The position numbers and the translations under genes are program-made. A model generated the notes under the pieces. It did not search any database, was not told the origin of the DNA, and worked only from the letters and a program-made list of their open reading frames with translations. Shown here one piece after another: positions 26,593 to 32,000 of a stretch of 32,000 nucleotides of DNA (position 1 is its first letter; every line of letters begins with the position of its first letter). The DNA comes from Thermoproteus tenax Kra 1 (lineage in GTDB: Archaea > Thermoproteota > Thermoprotei > Thermoproteales > Thermoproteaceae): positions 1,110,001 through 1,142,000 of the forward strand of contig NC_016070.1 of NCBI RefSeq assembly GCF_000253055.1, written 5' to 3'.

Positions 26593-27930
26593 ATGGACTT
26601 TGAAGAGAGGGCGAGGAGGGTCTATCTGGACACTGGAACTAAGTTCCAGAGGCCTATTATCTGGAGCATGGGGCTCATCAAGTACGCGGCCGCCTACGCC
26701 AACGCCGAGCTGGGCCTCCTGCCCCGGAGGCTGGCCGCCGCCATCATGGGGGCCTCCCTGGAGGTAATGGAGGGGGTCCACGACGCTGAGGTTTATGTGG
26801 ACGTCTTTCAGACCGGCTCTGGCACAGGTCTCAATATGAACATCAACGACGTGATTGCGCGGAGAGCCTCGGAGATCGCAGGCTCCAGAGTTCATCCTAA
26901 CGACCACGTTAATATGGGCCAGTCCTCCAACGACGTAGTGCCGAGCGCCGTCAGAATCGCCGCGATCAAGACGGCGGAGGACGAGCTGATGCCTGCGTTG
27001 AGCGCCTTGATAGGCCGCTTGAGCGAGAAATCGGCCGAGTTCTCCAAAGTAGTCAAGCCCGGCAGAACCCACTTAAGAGACGCCTTGCCCGTCACGCTCG
27101 GCCAAGAGCTGGGCGCCTATGCGGACGCTCTTGCTCACGGCTGTCGGGAGCTACGAGACGTACTCGCCTATGTCGGAGAGATACCGCTGGGGGGCACTGC
27201 CGTCGGCACAGGTTTCGGGACGCATCCCCGCTTCAGACGTCTGGCTATTGACGCCATAAACAAGACCTCGGGCCTGCGGCTCTCCGAGGGGAACACGTTC
27301 AGAGGAATGAGGCTCTTGACCGATGTATTGTATCTATCCGCAGCGCTCCGGAACATCGCGGTAGAGCTCATGAGACTAGCGCAAGACGTAAGACTCATGT
27401 TCTCCGGTCCTACTGCGGGCCTCGCCGAGATCGACCTCCCCTCGCAGGCTGAAGTGCCAGGGAGCTCTATGATGCCCGGCAAAATAAACCCAGTCACGGC
27501 CGAGGCCGTTATGTTGGCCGCGGCCCAGATCGTCGGACTGGACCACGCGAACCAAGCCGCCGCCGGCCTAGGCGAGTTTGAGCTCGCCATGGGCATCCCG
27601 TTGATAGGGTACAACGTAGTGGCCCAGATTAACCTCCTATCTGAAGCATCGGGAAAGCTCTCAGAGCTCGTAATAGCCGATATGAAGCCGCGGAGAGACC
27701 GCTTGAGGGACCTCGCAGAGAGGTCGCCCGCGTTGGCCACAGCTCTGGCGCCAGCGTTGGGATACGAGGGGGTCTCCCAGGTTGTAAGGAAGATTTCCGA
27801 GGGCAAATCCATCAGAGTGGCCTTAGAGGAGGTGGGCCGCCCGGATCTGGCGCAGGAGATCCCCGACGTCGATAATATGGCGCAGGCTCCGGAGGCGGAG
27901 AGGCGGATCGATTGTGATAGCTACAAATAG
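26593..27930 (+). CDS. fumC: class II fumarase / aspartase superfamily enzyme, probably fumarate hydratase
   Basis: 445 aa. Signature GSSMMPGKINPV, VHPNDHVNMGQSSNDVVPSA, QTGSGTGLNMNINDVIA. Confidence 0.85.
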   Translation: MDFEERARRVYLDTGTKFQRPIIWSMGLIKYAAAYANAELGLLPRRLAAAIMGASLEVMEGVHDAEVYVDVFQTGSGTGLNMNINDVIARRASEIAGSRVHPNDHVNMGQSSNDVVPSAVRIAAIKTAEDELMPALSALIGRLSEKSAEFSKVVKPGRTHLRDALPVTLGQELGAYADALAHGCRELRDVLAYVGEIPLGGTAVGTGFGTHPRFRRLAIDAINKTSGLRLSEGNTFRGMRLLTDVLYLSAALRNIAVELMRLAQDVRLMFSGPTAGLAEIDLPSQAEVPGSSMMPGKINPVTAEAVMLAAAQIVGLDHANQAAAGLGEFELAMGIPLIGYNVVAQINLLSEASGKLSELVIADMKPRRDRLRDLAERSPALATALAPALGYEGVSQVVRKISEGKSIRVALEEVGRPDLAQEIPDVDNMAQAPEAERRIDCDSYK

Positions 27931-28070
27931 ATCCTAATAATTTATCGATATTAATAAATTAGTATAATTATAATTTATAATAAAATGATGTAAAAAGATT
28001 TTTTATAACGATATTTTCAAAAATTATATTATTTAATATTATTTTTAACAAAATATTAAAGTCAATCTTA

Positions 28071-29419
28071 ATGCCAAAAATACAGTGGAGCCCAGAACAC
28101 TACAAATGGCCTCCGAAGGCGTGGATGGCCATTTCGTCGCAATTTATCGGCTTTATGATGGATGCCTACGACCTAATATTAGTCACGGCCCTCACGCCTA
28201 TTTTGGCCGCAGTGCTTCTGCCTCCCAGCCTATCGAAGACCACCGTGGGACTGCTCATCACCCTCGTGGGCTACGCGTTCGCCTTGATTGGGAGACCTCT
28301 GGGCAGCGCCATATTCGGCAATTACGCGGATAAGATAGGCCGGAGGGATACGTTGATGATAACTATACTGGGCTACGGCATTATGAGCGCCCTCACGGCG
28401 GCGATTCCGACCTACGCCCAGGTGGGATGGTGGGCGTTCTGGATATATGCGGCGCTGAGGTTCATATTCGGCATATTTGTGGGAGGCGAGTACGCGGCGG
28501 GGCACCCCTTCGCTATGGAGTATTCAGCCCCCAGATGGCGCGGTTTCGTCAGCGGCTTGGTACAAAGCGGCTTCACTTGGGGGACTGCGTTGGGCGGATT
28601 TGTAGTCTCCTCGTTCTACGCCATCTTTGGGCAGAGCGCCATGCAGGCCTACGCTTGGAGATACGTGTTCCTCACGGGCCTTGTGCCAGTCGTGATCGCC
28701 TTCATTATAAGGGTAACTATGCCGGATACGCCTGTGTTCACCGAGGCCAAAGAGAAAGGACAGCTGGAGAAGATACCCTTCTTCAGCCTTTTCAGACCGC
28801 CCGTTCTGTGGACGTTTCTGCAGGTGTTCCTGTTGATGACCGGGCTCTTCTTCAGCTCCTACACTCCCTGTTTAATTTTGCAACGTTAATATATACCAAG
28901 GCGGGTCTGACGGGCGGAGAGGCGGCCTTCTACTACGGCCTGGCGGGAGTCTTTGCCGCCATATCGGCGCTCATCTGGGGGTTCGCCAGCGACTTCATAG
29001 GGAGGAGGACGGCGTTTTTGATCGGGGCTGTTGCCACGGTCGTGATGGCGGTGCCCTCTTTCTATCTGGCGTACTACAGCGCAGCCGTCCGCGATGTTGT
29101 CCTCCTTGTGCTTGGCGCCGTGCTCACCGGTTGGTTCACTCAGTGGGTATGGGGCCTAGTGCCCGTTTACCTCTCAGAGCGTTTCGCCACACAGAGGAGG
29201 GGCAGCGGAGTTGGCTTCGGCTACAGCTCCGGCCTATTCATCAGCGCGTGGATGGGGCTCTACTCGATACCCTTATACTCGCTCTTTAAGCCCATAGAGG
29301 GCGACAATGTGTGGTTTATCGCCGCATTCTGGCTTATGGTGGCGGCTCTGTTGTACGGTATTGGCGCGTTTATAGGGCCGGAGACTCTTGGGGAGGATCT
29401 GAGACAAGTCAAAGAGTAA
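28071..29419 (+). CDS. MFS transporter (metabolite:H+ symporter-like), apparently frameshifted near 28866
   Basis: ORF 28071-28889 ends ...LFFSSYTPC, and the -1 frame continues LFNFATLIYTKAGLTGGEAAFYYGL...GPETLGEDLRQVKE to 29419. Adding one C to CCC at 28866-28868 restores SSYTPLFNFATLIYTKAG. Internal GRPLGSAIFGNYADKIGRRDTLM. Confidence 0.82.
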
Positions 29420-29594
29420 CCCCCCATTTTTTGACTTTTCTAAGATCGACCTAATCCTCCGGCTGATCTGAGGCTTGCCTGTTGCTTCAGAGCTCCCTTA
29501 GGGTTGGTAGCAACAGCTAGCTATCCGTCTCGATATTCTGCCCCGCCGGCCCGCCAAATACGAGGACAACGCTCCGGGGCTCAGCCTATGAATT

Positions 29595-29635
29595 ACCGCG
29601 CTCCAGCCCTAAAGGGCGAGGCTTTCAGTTATAAA
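29595..29635 (+). mobile_element. possible IS605/TnpB right-end remnant hairpin
   Basis: accgcgctccagccctaaagggcgaggctttcagttat; gccc-taaa-gggc hairpin followed by gaggctttcag, reminiscent of right ends of archaeal tnpB-only elements. No adjacent tnpB detected. Confidence 0.3.
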
Positions 29636-29942
29636 GGGTTTAAGCGCTGGCAACTAATCTGAGGTAGGTGCGATCTACATCGACGGTATGCCGAAAGGCT
29701 ACGTCGCATAGACAATGACAGCATAGGAGGCTGTATTAAAGTATGAGGGCTGAGGGCTTGGAGGCACGGGCGTATACGTGCGCCGCAGAGGAGCGCGCGG
29801 TGTGGGCTCCACCGGCTCCGAGTTCATCCAGCCCTCTGCGGGGCCGTCGACGGGCGGGGCTCCGGGGGTCCAATTAGGCGGCCGCAAACAATTAAATATT
29901 TTTTGCCGCAATAATATTTAAAGGAGAACTGAGCGTTTCCCT

Positions 29943-30872
29943 GTGGAGTTTGAGAATTTGATAGTCCCCAACATGGTCTTGGAGCTCCTCGGCCCCAAGT
30001 CCGTCGTTGAGGCTCCCCCGGGCTTCAAGGCCTTGGCGATGGAGCTAGCCAGGAGGACTGGGTCCAAGGTGTCGGGGAGGGCCGTGTGGGGGAGCTGCGA
30101 TGTGGGGTTGGACGAGGCCAGAGCTCTGGGCGCCGAGAGGATCGTCCACCTCGGACACGGCGTTCCCCCCAACATCGCCTATCTGTTGAAGAAGAACACA
30201 GGCGGCAGAGTGGAGAAGATAGACACAGACACATACGTCCTCAGGGCGCAGGGGATCGAGGCCTACTTCGTCCCTGTGTACTATATGCCGCCTGAGGATC
30301 TCCCCTCGCCGCCGTTGGGCAAACTCTACTTCCCCGTCCCCTACCGCTTGATAGCTGAGGAGCTTGCTGCGCGGTACCGTCTGGAGCTCGCGGCGGAGCC
30401 CATCACGGGCTGTTGGGTGGGAGAGGCGCCTGCGGGCTCCGCAGTGGTGGTGTCCCCAGGCTATTTCTACGCGTTGGCTGTGAAGCTCTTCTACCCCGAG
30501 GCGCAAGTGTGGGCGCTCGACCCGTTCAACAGACGCGTTGTCCCAATAGAGTCTGAGTACAGAAGGCTCATGGGACTGAAGGCGAGGGCGTATCTTGCCA
30601 GGAGAGATAAGGTGATAGTGGTGGTCTCCAGGAAGCCCGGCCAGATGCAGAGGGAGGCCGCGGAGAGAGCCGCCGAGAAGCTCGGCGGCATAGTAGTCGA
30701 GCTGGACGAGGCGTCGCCGGAGCTCCTAGACGACCTACAGGCCGATCTCATAGTGAATACCGCCTGCCCCAGGATAGGCTTCGACGATTTGGACAGAATC
30801 AAGACCCCCGTGATTAACTTGAAGGAGCTCGAGGAAGGGTTCAAGCCCCAGAACATCATAAGGCTGATCTAG
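29943..30872 (+). CDS. dph2: diphthamide biosynthesis enzyme Dph2 (archaeal)
   Basis: 309 aa from GTG. Three conserved cysteine contexts VWGSCDVG, ITGCWVGEA, NTACPRIG, plus FENLIVPN-type N-terminus. Confidence 0.85.
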   Translation: MEFENLIVPNMVLELLGPKSVVEAPPGFKALAMELARRTGSKVSGRAVWGSCDVGLDEARALGAERIVHLGHGVPPNIAYLLKKNTGGRVEKIDTDTYVLRAQGIEAYFVPVYYMPPEDLPSPPLGKLYFPVPYRLIAEELAARYRLELAAEPITGCWVGEAPAGSAVVVSPGYFYALAVKLFYPEAQVWALDPFNRRVVPIESEYRRLMGLKARAYLARRDKVIVVVSRKPGQMQREAAERAAEKLGGIVVELDEASPELLDDLQADLIVNTACPRIGFDDLDRIKTPVINLKELEEGFKPQNIIRLI

Positions 30873-30978
30873 CCGCAGTTCAGCGTCGTCGACCCCTATT
30901 GTCTATAGAGAGAGACTTCGGACCACAATTTAAAATTACCGGTGCATTCTTTAAAAAGAGACGACCACCGTATTCTGT

Positions 30979-32000
30979 GAAGATCAAAAGATATGACCTA
31001 GACTTGAGGGTTAAGTTCAACGAGCTCGCCTACGACGGCTCGGTCCTCATCGACGTAGAGTCCCAAGAAGATCTCTCCATCGACGCAGTGGGCCTAGCCG
31101 TGAGGGCAGTGGAGGTTGACGGAAGGCCGGTCCAGTATAAATACGATGGATCCTCCATAAAGGTCGGGGGCCCCGTCTCGGGCCGCGTGAGAATCGAGTT
31201 CTCCGGCAAAGTGTCCGAGAAGCTCTTCGGCATATATAAGGCCCCCTACGCGGGCGGATACATTATATCTACGCAGTTCGAGCCCACGGGGGCCAGACAG
31301 TTCATACCGTGCGTGGACAGGCCGGACGCAAAGGCCCCCTTCAAGGCCAGAGTGGCGGTCGACGGAGACTACGACGTCATATTCAACACGCCGCCCCTGA
31401 GAGTCTATTGGGAGGGCGGACTCAAGGTGTTCGAGTTCGCTGAGACTCCGCCCATGCCCACATATCTGCTCTACTTGGGCATCGGCAAATTCTATGAGGC
31501 TAGGGAGAGGCTGGGCAATATAGAGCTCATATTCGCGACGCCGGTGAAGGAGCGGCTGGACGACGGGCTCTTCGCGCTCTATGTGGCTAAGAGGTCTTTG
31601 GAGTTCTTCGGCTCCTACTTCTCCTACCAGTACCCATTGCCCAAGCTCCATCTGATCCACGTGCCCGAGTTCGCCGCAGGCGCCATGGAGAACTTCGGGG
31701 CTATAACGGGCAGAGAGACTGCGCTGCTCGCGGGCAGGGAGAGCTCGGAGCTCGTCAAGAGGAGGGTGGCCGAGGTGGTGGCGCACGAGGTGGCCCACCA
31801 GTGGTTCGGAGATCTGGTCACTCTGAGGTGGTGGGGCGACCTCTGGCTCAACGAGTCCTTCGCCACGTTCTTGAGCTATAAGGCCTTAGACGCGATCTTC
31901 CCCGAGTGGAGCCCCTGGCACAGATTCTTGGTCGACGAGACTATGTCCTCGATGGTCAGAGACTCGCTCCTCAGCACTCACCCCGTGAGGGTCCCCATAA
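30979..32000 (+). CDS. M1 family zinc aminopeptidase (3' end outside window)
   Basis: From GTG 30979: VKIKRYDLDLRVKF...FEPTGARQFIPCVDRPDAKAPFK...FAAGAMENFGAI...VVAHEVAHQWFGDLVTLRWWGDLWLNESFATFLSY. Absent from the ORF track because it is open at the edge. Confidence 0.93.

Noticed and set aside
28860-28890. Programmed -1 ribosomal frameshift in the MFS gene
   Set aside because: No convincing slippery heptamer or downstream pseudoknot was seen. A one-base homopolymer deletion explains it more simply.
28427-29419. Taking the whole 330-aa ORF as a separate gene
   Set aside because: Its first part is an out-of-frame reading of the transporter. Only about 28868-29419 encodes MFS sequence, so it is merged with the upstream ORF as a frameshifted gene.

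Overview
This is a 32-kb chromosomal window that looks like a hyperthermophilic crenarchaeon of the Thermoproteus/Thermoproteales type. It has dense GC-rich coding DNA, short AT-rich promoter gaps, TATA-like boxes about 25-30 nt upstream of start codons, and an archaeal fba-pfp operon. I support about 25 coding regions. These include a NuoE/NuoF-type flavoprotein (edge-truncated), a YeiH/UPF0324 transporter, an orphan Cas6-like endoribonuclease, a NosD-like beta-helix protein, PPi-PFK + FBP aldolase, a G-domain-less EF-Tu domain-2 protein, SQR + DUF1641, amt-glnK-nadE, HerA + a small ABC-type ATPase, a second Amt, a PIN-like protein, a metallophosphoesterase, a giant thermopsin-like protein, AOR, a class II fumarase-like protein, a frameshifted MFS transporter, Dph2, and an M1 aminopeptidase (edge-truncated). 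The most interesting signals are: (1) a TnpB locus that appears to have split a secreted, membrane-anchored protein gene, with the C-terminal remnant of a second TnpB on its left flank and a strongly structured, possibly omega-RNA-like tail on its right, including mutually exclusive complementary segments; (2) a thermopsin (A5) domain followed by ten ~69-aa, sequon-rich repeats; (3) an overlapping amt-glnK-NH3-dependent-nadE operon whose PII lacks the T-loop tyrosine; (4) a Cas6-like gene with no array or other cas genes; (5) a HerA/ATPase pair inserted between two ammonium transporter loci. No CRISPR array, rRNA or convincing tRNA was seen. No database search was run; family calls come from motif recognition.
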